From Chloroflexota bacterium (lineage in GTDB: Bacteria > Chloroflexota > Dehalococcoidia > GIF9 > UBA5629), in assembly GCA_016875925.1 (NCBI GenBank), contig VGOO01000003.1, positions 1-35,796 on the forward strand: a stretch of DNA of 35,796 nt, read 5' to 3'. The notes beneath the pieces were generated by a model. That model saw nothing but the letters and a program-made list of their open reading frames with translations. It had not been told where the DNA came from and searched no databases. Of the stretch, positions 17,321-26,896 are shown in pieces (the first letter of the stretch is position 1; each line of letters begins with the position of its first letter). The position numbers and the translations under genes are program-made.

Positions 17321-19276
17321 ATGAAAGCCTTACGAATGAATAACAAAACGCTACTGAAAATCATGGCATCGATGATGGCTATCTGCGCCATCATCCCGCT
17401 TGGCATAGGTTGCGTCGCTAAAAAGTCCACGCCAGCACAACCGACACAGACAGTCGCCATACAGCGTGGCAATTTGACAATATCTGTACCGGTAGATGGC
17501 AATTTGGTAATGCCCCAGGCTTTTGACCTCCGTTTCGGCACACCAGGCGATGTCAGGGACGTACTGGTAGAAGAAGGAGACCACGTAAAAGCAGGAGCAA
17601 TACTGGCAATGCTGGACAACACCACGCAGAGATTGGACATCCAATCGGCCAACGCCTCTTTGCAGAGAATCTTAAGCAATCTCTACCAAACCGTGCCACG
17701 TCTGCCCCAATTTCCGAACCAACTTTACGATGTCAACACGGTGACTACGACTACTACTACAACTGTTTGGGATTGGCGTGAAGGGTACGATTCTCTGGGT
17801 AATCCCATAACCGATTCTCCACTTCCTGGCGGGAATCAAGGATACATCGGAGTTCCCAGTACCGTTACCACGACCACGACCAGGACTACTATTAAAGCAA
17901 TACCAAATACTCTCCATTCAGATACCAGTTATCCATTTTACTACCCCAACCACACAGCCTTGATAGCGTTTGCCTGGGCACAAGAAGCGCTCTCCAGAGC
18001 AGATGAACTGTTTCAGTCTAAGAATTACGCCGACGCAGAATCTGAACTATACGTAGCCGCAAATGACCTGGAAACCTGCGCCAAAATAATCGAGGACACC
18101 ATTACTAACCCACAGTCGGGATTAGGCGGCTCAGGACCCCTCCCCGAGCAGGATGACCTGACATTCCTGCTCCAGCAGAACGAACCATTATCTGTAAGCT
18201 TCATCCTGGAATTACAACAACTGGTTGAGCTAATCAAGCAATGCCAGGCAGACATGGAGAAGGTCCGCTCCTTGACCACGGAGGGAAAAAACGACGAGGC
18301 CAAATCCTTATTTGCCACCATCCAGGGCAAGATGAAAGACATAGGCAAGTCAATCCTGAACAACGTCAACTTGATTGAAAAGCGCCACGTAGGCATGGTC
18401 TACGGCAAGAACATATGTCTCTACCTGTACAAAGCCGCTGACGACAGCCTTAATGAAGCATTTGCTGCAATTGAAAAGGGCAGTATCGATTCGCCAGAGT
18501 TCAAAAACAATCTACGCGTGGCCCAGCACCGGATGGCACTCTGCAACGCTGTTTTGGGGAGCAACGACTATGTATTGCAGCATGGCCTCTCTCTGAAAGC
18601 TGAGCACCAATACAAAGTGGACCTGCAGAAATCACTGGTAAACCTTGGAAACAAGCAGGACGATTTCCTAAAAACAATAATACTTGCGCCTTTTGACGGC
18701 ACGGTAGTCAGCGTAGGAGTAAAGAAAAACGACGTCCTATCCGCCCAGGACTATTCCTCCAAGGGCACCATCCAGATTGTTGATACAACGGCTGTCAAAT
18801 TCGAGGGGCTAGTTGACGAAATTGACATCCTGAAAGTTAAAACTGGACAAAAGGCCACCATTACCGTAGATGCCATACCCAATAAAGTATTTACCGGCAT
18901 AGTGTCGTTCATTTCCCCTTACGGTGAGGCAGGCACGTCGAACGTTGTTAAATTTGCTGTGACCATACAGCTTGACCCCACCGATATAGAGCTAAAGGGA
19001 GGTCTCACCGCCACAGCCGATATCGCCATAGAAACTGTTGATAACGTTGTATTGGTACCACTCCGAGCTATAAGCAGCACTGCTCAGGGTGTCTTTGTAA
19101 CCGTCATAGACGAGACAACAGGTCAGACCGAAAAGCGCGAGGTCACCCTCGGTAGGCAAAACTTGCAGTTCGCCGAAGTGTTGTCTGGCCTTGAAGAGGG
19201 GGAGAGAGTAGTGATGGAGGTCAAAATCACCGGAGCACCGGTCGTTCAAGGCTTCCCACGCCCATCAGGAAGATAG
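17321..19276 (+). CDS. Membrane fusion protein / efflux adaptor (MacA/YknX-like lipoprotein) with very long helical insertion, copy 1
   Basis: Lipobox LGIGC. Lipoyl half-motifs GDVRDVLVEEGDHVKAGAILAMLD and IILAPFDGTVVSV are about 350 aa apart. Also VDEIDILKVKTGQKA and EVLSGLEEGERVV. The start may be 17336. Confidence 0.88.
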   Translation: MKALRMNNKTLLKIMASMMAICAIIPLGIGCVAKKSTPAQPTQTVAIQRGNLTISVPVDGNLVMPQAFDLRFGTPGDVRDVLVEEGDHVKAGAILAMLDNTTQRLDIQSANASLQRILSNLYQTVPRLPQFPNQLYDVNTVTTTTTTTVWDWREGYDSLGNPITDSPLPGGNQGYIGVPSTVTTTTTRTTIKAIPNTLHSDTSYPFYYPNHTALIAFAWAQEALSRADELFQSKNYADAESELYVAANDLETCAKIIEDTITNPQSGLGGSGPLPEQDDLTFLLQQNEPLSVSFILELQQLVELIKQCQADMEKVRSLTTEGKNDEAKSLFATIQGKMKDIGKSILNNVNLIEKRHVGMVYGKNICLYLYKAADDSLNEAFAAIEKGSIDSPEFKNNLRVAQHRMALCNAVLGSNDYVLQHGLSLKAEHQYKVDLQKSLVNLGNKQDDFLKTIILAPFDGTVVSVGVKKNDVLSAQDYSSKGTIQIVDTTAVKFEGLVDEIDILKVKTGQKATITVDAIPNKVFTGIVSFISPYGEAGTSNVVKFAVTIQLDPTDIELKGGLTATADIAIETVDNVVLVPLRAISSTAQGVFVTVIDETTGQTEKREVTLGRQNLQFAEVLSGLEEGERVVMEVKITGAPVVQGFPRPSGR

Positions 19277-19281
19277 ATAGC

Positions 19282-20985
19282 ATGATGACAAGAGGAAATA
19301 TTTTCATAGTCGCCATAACGGTAAGTCTGATTTCTCTGCTGTTCAGTGGTTGTGGTAAAAGTGCTGCACCTGTCGGCAAGACCTTCGAAGTAAAAAAAGG
19401 AGACCTGAACATCACCATATCCACCGACGGCTACCTTACGATGCCTAACCAGTTCGACCTCAAGTTTGGGACCACAGGACAGGTCGCCGAAATACTGGTA
19501 GAAGAAGGAGAGCAAGTAAAACAGGGTGCCCTGTTGGCCATGCTCGATAACACATCACAGAAAAACGCAATTAAAACAGCACTGTTTGATATACAGACGG
19601 CAAGGAGCAACATAACACTGGGATGTGGCACAGACCGCATTCCTTACACCTATGCCGACCTGAGCGTGCCCCGCTTAATGAAAGAGGCACAAAGAGACAT
19701 AGACAAGGCTATTGGCTATTTTGAGCAGGGGAACTACAAAGATGCCGGTTACTGGCTGGTCATGACCTACTTCGACGTCGAGGTGTGCGAGGATTTAATC
19801 AAGTCCAGGCCTGATGCTGCTGCGCTGGCCGGGATACAGTCAAATTCAACTTACTATCCGGATATCAACGCCGGCAGCCCTTCGCCTCCACCAGAGTATA
19901 TTGATATGGTCATCTCCTACCTGCAGAATTACCGCGCCAGGCTACTGGATATTTCCCGGCTACTGAAGGCTGGCTCCTACGCAGAAATCAATCCTAAACT
20001 CGAACAAGTGCACCTGGATATGCGTACAGTATCACAACTGGCTGTAAGCACAGTATATAAGAAAGGTAGAAGCATGTTCGAGTACCCTGATACAGCTACC
20101 AGCGCTGACTTCCTCCAGGTCGCTATACGCCAACTACAGGAGTTGGAGAAATACATTGCCCAGGATAATGCCAACCCTGTAGAAGCTGCCAAGAAGCTGT
20201 ATATTGCCAAGGTTAGCCTACTGGTGGGCAAAGATGTCCTGGAAAACCAGACGCGTATCTTCGAGAGCGGAGGCAGCATCAACTGGAAGACATTAGAACA
20301 ATACAACATCGACCTGCAAAGCGCGGAGATGGGTTTATATAAAAACAAGCAGGAAATCATGAAGACAGTCATCATAGCCCCTTCCGACGGCGATGTGGTC
20401 AGCGTTGACCTCAAGAAATCTTATGTCCTCTCCGCACAGGACTACTCAGCGCGAACGGCCATCAAGCTCGTCGATACAAGTACTATCAAATTCCAGGGGA
20501 CAGTAGACGAGATAGATATTGCTAAAGTAAAACCCGGGCAAAAGGCGCGAATAACCATAGATGCCGTGCCTGACAAGACATTCACCGGTACGGTGAAATT
20601 TATCTCCCCATTCGGCACACAGACTGGCAGGGTCATTAAGTTCGCCGTCACCATAGAGATGGACCCCACCGATGTCGAGTTGAGAGGTGGCTTAAGTGCT
20701 ACCGCCGAAATCAGCATATACAACGCCAAAGACGTGTTGCTGGTTCCCGTATCAGTGATTGCCACCACACCGGCAGGACCTGTAGTAGCAGTAGTCAATG
20801 AGGCCACAGGCCAAGTTGAGAGAAGGCGAATTACCATCGGCATGCAGACATTCGAGTTTGCTGAAGTGCTTTCCGGTCTTAAGGAAGGCGAAAAAGTACA
20901 GGTGATAAGCCAGGAAGCCATTAGAAGCCCGTCCGCCACACAGCAGCGTCCGGGTGCGCCAGTACCCATGCGCCTTATCAGATAG
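19282..20985 (+). CDS. Membrane fusion protein / efflux adaptor with long helical insertion, copy 2
   Basis: Lipobox LFSGC. GQVAEILVEEGEQVKQGALLAMLD and VIIAPSDGDVVSV are about 270 aa apart. Also VDEIDIAKVKPGQKA and EVLSGLKEGEKV. Confidence 0.88.
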   Translation: MMTRGNIFIVAITVSLISLLFSGCGKSAAPVGKTFEVKKGDLNITISTDGYLTMPNQFDLKFGTTGQVAEILVEEGEQVKQGALLAMLDNTSQKNAIKTALFDIQTARSNITLGCGTDRIPYTYADLSVPRLMKEAQRDIDKAIGYFEQGNYKDAGYWLVMTYFDVEVCEDLIKSRPDAAALAGIQSNSTYYPDINAGSPSPPPEYIDMVISYLQNYRARLLDISRLLKAGSYAEINPKLEQVHLDMRTVSQLAVSTVYKKGRSMFEYPDTATSADFLQVAIRQLQELEKYIAQDNANPVEAAKKLYIAKVSLLVGKDVLENQTRIFESGGSINWKTLEQYNIDLQSAEMGLYKNKQEIMKTVIIAPSDGDVVSVDLKKSYVLSAQDYSARTAIKLVDTSTIKFQGTVDEIDIAKVKPGQKARITIDAVPDKTFTGTVKFISPFGTQTGRVIKFAVTIEMDPTDVELRGGLSATAEISIYNAKDVLLVPVSVIATTPAGPVVAVVNEATGQVERRRITIGMQTFEFAEVLSGLKEGEKVQVISQEAIRSPSATQQRPGAPVPMRLIR

Positions 20986-21125
20986 CCAAATTGCCCAGTA
21001 TGATGTGAGCGACACAATGGAACCACAGAAGAGAACGCCAAAAAAGTCCCCCCCATCTTTGCGAGTCCTGATGCAACCCGGACAAAGCGAACTCTATACC
21101 ACCGCATCTCTAGAGACCAGCGAAA

Positions 21126-21794
21126 ATGATTGAAATTGAAAAAATAAGCAAGATATACGATTTAGGCTCGGTAAAGGTAACCGCCATTGACAACATATCT
21201 CTCCGTTGCCATCAGGGAGAGTTCATCTCCATCATGGGAGCCTCCGGCTCCGGAAAATCCACTGTGATGAACATACTTGGCTGCCTTGATAGCCCAACAC
21301 ACGGAAGCTACCGTCTGGATGACCAGGATGTCAGCAAGCTTAACGACGACCAACTAGCCAAGATAAGAAACAGCAAGATAGGCTTCATCTTCCAGTCTTA
21401 TAACCTCTTGCCTAAAACCACAGCATTGGCTAACGTGCAATTACCGCTAATCTACGCAGGCACAGACCACAGAAAACAGCGCGCCATAGAAGCCCTGGAG
21501 GCTGTGGGTATAAGCAAAAGAGCGCATCACCGCCCATCTGAGATGTCAGGCGGGGAACAGCAACGTGTGGCCATCGCTCGTGCCTTAGTCAATAACCCAT
21601 CGATAATCCTGGCTGACGAACCGACCGGAAACCTCGATACTACAACGAGTCATAGCATAATGTCCATTCTATGCGAGCTAAATAGAAAAGGTATTACCAT
21701 AGTCATCGTAACCCACGAGGAAGATATAGCAGCATTCACGCACAGGACTATCTATCTGAGGGACGGGAAAATCACCGACGAGAAAAGAAGATGA
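21126..21794 (+). CDS. ABC transporter ATP-binding protein (MacB/LolD-type)
   Basis: [49 protein letters not shown]. Confidence 0.95.
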   Translation: MIEIEKISKIYDLGSVKVTAIDNISLRCHQGEFISIMGASGSGKSTVMNILGCLDSPTHGSYRLDDQDVSKLNDDQLAKIRNSKIGFIFQSYNLLPKTTALANVQLPLIYAGTDHRKQRAIEALEAVGISKRAHHRPSEMSGGEQQRVAIARALVNNPSIILADEPTGNLDTTTSHSIMSILCELNRKGITIVIVTHEEDIAAFTHRTIYLRDGKITDEKRR

Positions 21795-22996
21795 ACATCT
21801 GGGAGAGCATCAAAACGGCCTGGCAGTCTATATTCGCCAATAAAATGCGCTCATCACTCACCATGCTCGGCATCGTTATCGGCGTCAGCGCAGTAGTCCT
21901 GCTGGTGGCGCTTGGCCAGGGATTCCAGGTCAACATGAAGACGACTTTCGAGAATATGGGCGCCAGTGCCCTCTACATATCAAGCTCGACAGACAGGGCG
22001 GTAAAAAGCGTGCGGGAGCTAACACTTGAAGACGCCCAGGCTTTGGCAGACCCAAAGATGGCCCCATCGATAGCCGTGGTCTCTCCCACGCTAAGCAAGA
22101 GCGTCAGTATCCAGTATGGCAACAACAACGTAACCACGCAGGGAATAGGTGTCACACCTGTGATAACACAGATAAGGAACTATACCATGGACAAAGGTCG
22201 GTTCATCACCGAGCAAGATAACGCAACCAGGCAGAATGTGGTAGTTCTGGGCTACCAGACTGCCCTTGACCTGTTCGGCAGCGAGTCCCCAATAGGCAAG
22301 AGCCTGCGCATTGATGGCATCAAGTTTCAGGTTATAGGCACAATCCAAAGGCTCGGTGGATTCGGAGGCGATGGCTACGCACTGATGCCACTCACCACCA
22401 TGCAATCTAAACTGGTGGGTGGCAACAGCATCGGCCAGATTGCCGTAAAGGCCGTCAGCCCCGACCAAGTGGACTCCGCAATCGCCGAGATGACCAGCAT
22501 CATAAGAGCCAGGCATTACATCAGACCCGGGGCACCAGACGACTTCACCATCAGGGACATGCGCGAGACGCTGGAGAGCATGCAGCAGACATTGGCGAGC
22601 TTTTCCATCTTCTTGGGTAGCGTTGGCGCTATCTCGCTCCTCGTTGGTGGCATCGGCATCATGAACATCATGCTGGTCTCGGTAACAGAGCGCACCCGTG
22701 AAATAGGTATACGCAAAGCCATTGGAGCCAGGCGCCGTGACATTCTGCTGCAGTTCCTTATCGAAGCCGCCGCCCTCAGCTTCACAGGCGGCTTGATAGG
22801 CCTACTCCTGGGGCTGGCTGGCTCATCGCTAATGCGCAACATTCCCATGGGCAACATGACCATCAGTGCAATTATTTCGCCAACCATTGTGATTATTGCT
22901 CTTGCCGTATCGATAGGAACAGGGCTAATATCAGGAACTTACCCAGCTTCCCGCGCCGCCAGGCTCGACCCCATCGAATCCCTGCGTCACGAGTAA
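21791..22996 (+). CDS. MacB-type ABC transporter permease
   Basis: NKMRSSLTMLGIVIGV, large extracytoplasmic domain, GGIGIMNIMLVSVTERTREIGIRKAIGA, YPASRAARLDPIESLRHE. ATGA overlap with the ATPase gene. Confidence 0.95.
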   Translation: MNIWESIKTAWQSIFANKMRSSLTMLGIVIGVSAVVLLVALGQGFQVNMKTTFENMGASALYISSSTDRAVKSVRELTLEDAQALADPKMAPSIAVVSPTLSKSVSIQYGNNNVTTQGIGVTPVITQIRNYTMDKGRFITEQDNATRQNVVVLGYQTALDLFGSESPIGKSLRIDGIKFQVIGTIQRLGGFGGDGYALMPLTTMQSKLVGGNSIGQIAVKAVSPDQVDSAIAEMTSIIRARHYIRPGAPDDFTIRDMRETLESMQQTLASFSIFLGSVGAISLLVGGIGIMNIMLVSVTERTREIGIRKAIGARRRDILLQFLIEAAALSFTGGLIGLLLGLAGSSLMRNIPMGNMTISAIISPTIVIIALAVSIGTGLISGTYPASRAARLDPIESLRHE

Positions 22997-23015
22997 CACC
23001 CACCACACGCGACCA

Positions 23016-23044
23016 TAGACAGCCGAGAGGCTTAAGTCTATAAT
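23016..23044 (+). promoter_or_regulatory. Putative sigma70 promoter of hpt (possibly leaderless transcript)
   Basis: TAGACA (23016-23021), 17-bp spacer, TATAAT (23039-23044). GTG start at 23051 has no SD. Confidence 0.65.
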
Positions 23045-23050
23045 ATTGCG

Positions 23051-23569
23051 GTGGTTTCGGGGCCGCGGGTATTACTTTCCAAGAACCAAATCAAGAAAGC
23101 CGTTGCCAGGCTCGCTGCTGAAATCAGAAAGGACTACCAGGGAAAACAGCCTCTGCTCATCGGCATTCTGAAGGGCTCATTTGTCTTCATGGCTGACCTG
23201 GTTCGACAACTGGACATGCCGGTGGAGATGGACTTCGTTAAGGCATCCAGCTACGGTGCAGGCAAGGAAAGCTCCGGGAAAGTACACGTAGTGCAGGGGC
23301 TGAAAACGCCGATAAGAGGCAAGGATGTCATACTGGTCGAAGACATAATAGATACCGGACTGACGGTATCCGTCGTCATGGATTATTTACGCAAGAAAAA
23401 ACCAGCATCCCTGAAGCTCTGTGCCCTGGCAGACAAGCCCTCCAGACGGGAGGTGCCAGTGTCCATCGATTACCTCGGATTCACCGTGCCCAACAAATTC
23501 ATCGTGGGCTACGGAATAGATTGGAACGAGCAATACCGCCACTTGCCCGATATATGCTGTATAGATTAA
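23051..23569 (+). CDS. hpt: Hypoxanthine phosphoribosyltransferase
   Basis: IGILKGSFVFMADL, ASSYG, PRPP-binding loop VILVEDIIDTGLT, FIVGYGID. Confidence 0.95.
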   Translation: MVSGPRVLLSKNQIKKAVARLAAEIRKDYQGKQPLLIGILKGSFVFMADLVRQLDMPVEMDFVKASSYGAGKESSGKVHVVQGLKTPIRGKDVILVEDIIDTGLTVSVVMDYLRKKKPASLKLCALADKPSRREVPVSIDYLGFTVPNKFIVGYGIDWNEQYRHLPDICCID

Positions 23570-23591
23570 TAACAAGCAGACAATAATAATA

Positions 23592-25304
23592 ATGAAGAAA
23601 TCAATAAGTCTAGCCAAGCTGCTCTCCGTGGCACGAGGGGACACACCTGCTGATTTAGTGTTGAAAAATGCCAGAATAATAAACACCTTCGTAGGCATCA
23701 TCGAAGAAGGTTGCATAGCCATTTGTGGCGATAGAATCGCCGGCACCGGCAATAACTATAACCAAGCCAAAGAGATAATCGACCTCAAAGGCGCTTACGT
23801 GGCACCCGGCCTGATAGACGGCCACACGCATATCGAAAGCTCCATGCTGCATCCCGCCCAGTATGCACTGGCGGTGGTACCCAGAGGTACTTCAGCCCTG
23901 GTCACAGACCTCCACGAAATAACCAATGTGGCAGGCTTCGAAGGAATCAACTTCGTGGTAAACTGGGCACAGAAGCTGCCACTGGACATGTTCTTCATGG
24001 CGCCGTCCTGCGTGCCAGCCACCCACATGGAAACTGCCGGCGCCAAGATGGATGCCTCCGACATCAAGAAAGCGCTCAGGCTGCCCAATTTCTTGGGACT
24101 TGGCGAGATGATGAATTTCCCCGGAGTAATAAATGGCGATAAGCATGTCCTGAGCATCATAAATGCCGCCAAAGGCAAAATCATCAACGGCCATGCCCCA
24201 GGAGTCACTAACAAGCATCTCACCGCTTACGTGGCAGCGGGAATTTCCTCCGACCACGAATGCACCACCACAGAAGAGGGCAGAGAAAAACTAAGGAGAG
24301 GCATGTACCTGATGATACGTGAAGGTTCCTCAGCAAAAAATCTGGACGCTCTCCTCCCGCTGGTCAACGATAAGACTTACAAACGATGTCTCCTGGTGAT
24401 AGATGACAGCAGTTGTTCCGATTTGCTTAACGATGGAGATATCGATTCTGTGGTCAGGAAAGCAATCCAGAAAGGCCTCGACCCCATACGGGCAATCCAA
24501 CTAGCCACCATCAATGCCGCCGAGCACTTCAGGCTCTACGACCGAGGTGCTATTTGCCCTGGCTATGTTGCCAACCTCATCACCATCACAGACCTACCCA
24601 AGCTAGAAATAGACATGGTCTTCTACAAAGGACGGCTGGTCGCCCGAGAAGGAAATCCCCTGTTCAAACCGCCCAGGATATCAGCAACAGAAATGGCTGA
24701 CACCATCCGCATCAAACCCTTCAGCGTTAATGCCCTTAGCATCCCTGCAAAAGAGGAAACATTCCCTGTCATCGAGATCGTCCCAGGCCAGATAATCACC
24801 AAGAAAAGGGTGGAAAGAATCAAAATTGAAGACGGAGCCATCATCCCGGACATAGATGAGGACATCCTCAAACTAGTCGTAGTAGAAAGACACAAGGCCA
24901 CAGGCAACATAGGCCGCGGACTAGTCAAGGGTTTCGGCCTCAAGCGCGGCGCGCTGGCATCATCCATCGCCCACGATTCCCATAATATAGTGGCGGTGGG
25001 TACCAACGACTATGATATATATAATGCAATCAGGGAAATAGAGAGGATGCACGGCGGCTTGGTGGTCTGCAGCGATGGCAAAATACTGGCATCGCTTCCA
25101 CTCCCAGTTGCTGGCTTGCTTTCACCAGAGCCACTGGAAACAGTAGTAGAAAAGTTCGAAGAGATGGAGAAGACAGCCGCGGGATTAGGCTGCCTTCCAC
25201 CAACACCATTTGCCCTGCTTTCCTTCATTGCCCTCCCCGTCATCCCAGAACTGAGACTGACAGACATGGGCATAGTTGATGTGCTGGAATTCAAACTAAT
25301 CTAG
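23592..25304 (+). CDS. ade: Adenine deaminase
   Basis: PGLIDGHTHIESSM, APSCVPAT, LGEMMNFPG, GHAP, DHE, IREGS, SSIAHDSHN, LPVIPELRLTDMG. Confidence 0.95.
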   Translation: MKKSISLAKLLSVARGDTPADLVLKNARIINTFVGIIEEGCIAICGDRIAGTGNNYNQAKEIIDLKGAYVAPGLIDGHTHIESSMLHPAQYALAVVPRGTSALVTDLHEITNVAGFEGINFVVNWAQKLPLDMFFMAPSCVPATHMETAGAKMDASDIKKALRLPNFLGLGEMMNFPGVINGDKHVLSIINAAKGKIINGHAPGVTNKHLTAYVAAGISSDHECTTTEEGREKLRRGMYLMIREGSSAKNLDALLPLVNDKTYKRCLLVIDDSSCSDLLNDGDIDSVVRKAIQKGLDPIRAIQLATINAAEHFRLYDRGAICPGYVANLITITDLPKLEIDMVFYKGRLVAREGNPLFKPPRISATEMADTIRIKPFSVNALSIPAKEETFPVIEIVPGQIITKKRVERIKIEDGAIIPDIDEDILKLVVVERHKATGNIGRGLVKGFGLKRGALASSIAHDSHNIVAVGTNDYDIYNAIREIERMHGGLVVCSDGKILASLPLPVAGLLSPEPLETVVEKFEEMEKTAAGLGCLPPTPFALLSFIALPVIPELRLTDMGIVDVLEFKLI

Positions 25305-25324
25305 AAAAACGGAGGTTCCATGCA

Positions 25325-26284
25325 ATGAAAAGAAGCCGACTTTGCGACCTGTTGGGAATTGAGTTTCCTATAATCCAGGGGGGAATGGTCTGGATTGCCA
25401 ACGTCGAACTGGCCACAGCAGTCTCTAATGCCGGCGGCTTGGGACTCATCAGCCACACAGCAGAACTGGACAAGAGCGGCAACCAGGTAGCTAGCTTAAT
25501 ACAGCAGATTAAGAAAGCAAGGAGTCTGACCTCCAAACCCTTCGGTATAAACCTGCCGCTGCAAATGCCAGGCATTGAAGACCTGATAGACACTGTCATC
25601 AGAGAACAGGTGGACATAGTGGTTACGGCTGCCGGAAACCCCGCCACTTTTACCGGCCGTCTCAAAGAAGCAGGCATAAAAGTTCTCCACGTTGTCGCTT
25701 CTGTAAAACACGCCCAGAGCGCAGAAAAGAAGGGGGTTGACGCAGTTATTGCCGAAGGGTACGAAGCTGGAGGACACAACGGTCTGGACGAGCTTACCAC
25801 CTTCGTTCTCGTCCCGCAGGTAGTAGATGCCGTCAAGGTTCCTGTAGTGGCAGCCGGCGGTATTGCTGATGCCAGGGGGATAGTGGCAGCCTTGGCGCTA
25901 GGCGCTGATGGAGTACAGATGGGCACCCGTTTTGTAGCCACCACCGAATGTATCGCCCACCAGAACTTCAAAGAAGCCATAGTAAAAGCTAGCGATACAG
26001 ATACCGTTATCACCGGCAGAAAAATAGGGCCTACCAGGATATTAAAGAACCCCGTAGCGGAAAAACTGCTGAAAATGGAAGCCTCTGGAGCCTCGGCCGA
26101 GGAGATGAACGCCTTTATCGGGCCGGAGAGCCGCTCCCGACTAGGTCAGGTAGAAGGCGACATGGTAAACGGCCAGGGACACTGCGGCGCTATCGCTGGA
26201 ATGATAAAGGAGATTCAGAGCGTCAGCAACGTAATGCAAAGCATCATTAAAGACTACGATGCAGTAGTTAGAAGCCTGGTGTAA
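25325..26284 (+). CDS. Nitronate monooxygenase / FabK-like enoyl-ACP reductase family flavoprotein
   Basis: FPIIQGGM, AVSNAGGLG, KPFGINL, AEGYEAGGHNG, VVAAGGIADARG, GVQMGTRF. Confidence 0.85.
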   Translation: MKRSRLCDLLGIEFPIIQGGMVWIANVELATAVSNAGGLGLISHTAELDKSGNQVASLIQQIKKARSLTSKPFGINLPLQMPGIEDLIDTVIREQVDIVVTAAGNPATFTGRLKEAGIKVLHVVASVKHAQSAEKKGVDAVIAEGYEAGGHNGLDELTTFVLVPQVVDAVKVPVVAAGGIADARGIVAALALGADGVQMGTRFVATTECIAHQNFKEAIVKASDTDTVITGRKIGPTRILKNPVAEKLLKMEASGASAEEMNAFIGPESRSRLGQVEGDMVNGQGHCGAIAGMIKEIQSVSNVMQSIIKDYDAVVRSLV

Positions 26285-26305
26285 CAAAAGATACCAGCAT
26301 GCAGG

Positions 26306-26698
26306 CTAACCGGCTTTTTTAGCTTTGGTTCGGCTGCTCTGCGCCAGTACCCTTATCCCCTCAAGTAAATCCTGGCGCCTGCAATCTTTTGTAAGGTACC
26401 AGCTAGCGCCAGCAGCCAATGCACCACCCACATAATCACCATAAACCGTCAGAAATAAGACCTTCACATCCGGGAGGCTCTGCTTTATGCGCTTGGTTGC
26501 CTCGGTGCCATCCATCACCGGCATCTGAGCATCCATAAGTATCACGTCTGGACGCAGTTCCTCTGCCTTGGCCACAGCATCCAGCCCGTCGGTCGCCTGT
26601 CCTATTACCTCGATATCAGGCTGCGGCTCAAGAATGCTCTTAAGCCCTTCCCTGACTACTTCATTGTCGTCGACCAACAGTATCCTTATTTTTTCCAT
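26306..26698 (-). CDS. Stand-alone receiver-domain response regulator (NarL-type receiver, no HTH)
   Basis: SD GGGAGG then MEKIRILLVDDNEVVREGL, PDVILMDAQMPVMDG, FLT, YLTKD. The protein ends shortly after the receiver domain. Confidence 0.88.
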   Translation of the reverse strand: MEKIRILLVDDNEVVREGLKSILEPQPDIEVIGQATDGLDAVAKAEELRPDVILMDAQMPVMDGTEATKRIKQSLPDVKVLFLTVYGDYVGGALAAGASWYLTKDCRRQDLLEGIRVLAQSSRTKAKKAG

Positions 26699-26880
26699 TA
26701 TGCCTCCCATAATACAGGAACTAGTCCTCTCGCAAAAACGTAAATCCAACTCGCTGGCATCGAAGCTAACTTCTCATTTATCAGTTTACCTTCCACAATT
26801 CAATTCACAATCAGGACAACGGATGGTTTTACCATAGAAATGGAATGACCCTGAGATCATACTTTCTGCCGATGCATGAG

Positions 26881-26896
26881 TCATACTTCAGTATGA
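26881..26896. promoter_or_regulatory. Perfect 7-2-7 inverted repeat, candidate NarL/LuxR-family binding site
   Basis: TCATACT-TC-AGTATGA. A second TCATACT half-site lies 24 bp away at 26857. Confidence 0.65.

Noticed and set aside
20442-21107. Long antisense ORFs here and at 25291..26013 and 30212..30934
   Set aside because: Each lies opposite a conserved gene and lacks motifs; these are expected shadow ORFs.
21017-21133. 38-codon ORF (MEPQKRTPKKSPPS...) containing an A6G/C7 run and overlapping the ABC ATPase start
   Set aside because: No SD and no recognisable motif. A frameshift fusion at the slippery run is blocked by an in-frame TAG at 21111, and the ATPase is complete from 21126.
25325-26284. 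Assigning the symbol fabK
   Set aside because: The motifs do not separate FabK from nitronate monooxygenase-like proteins, and no fatty-acid synthesis genes are adjacent.
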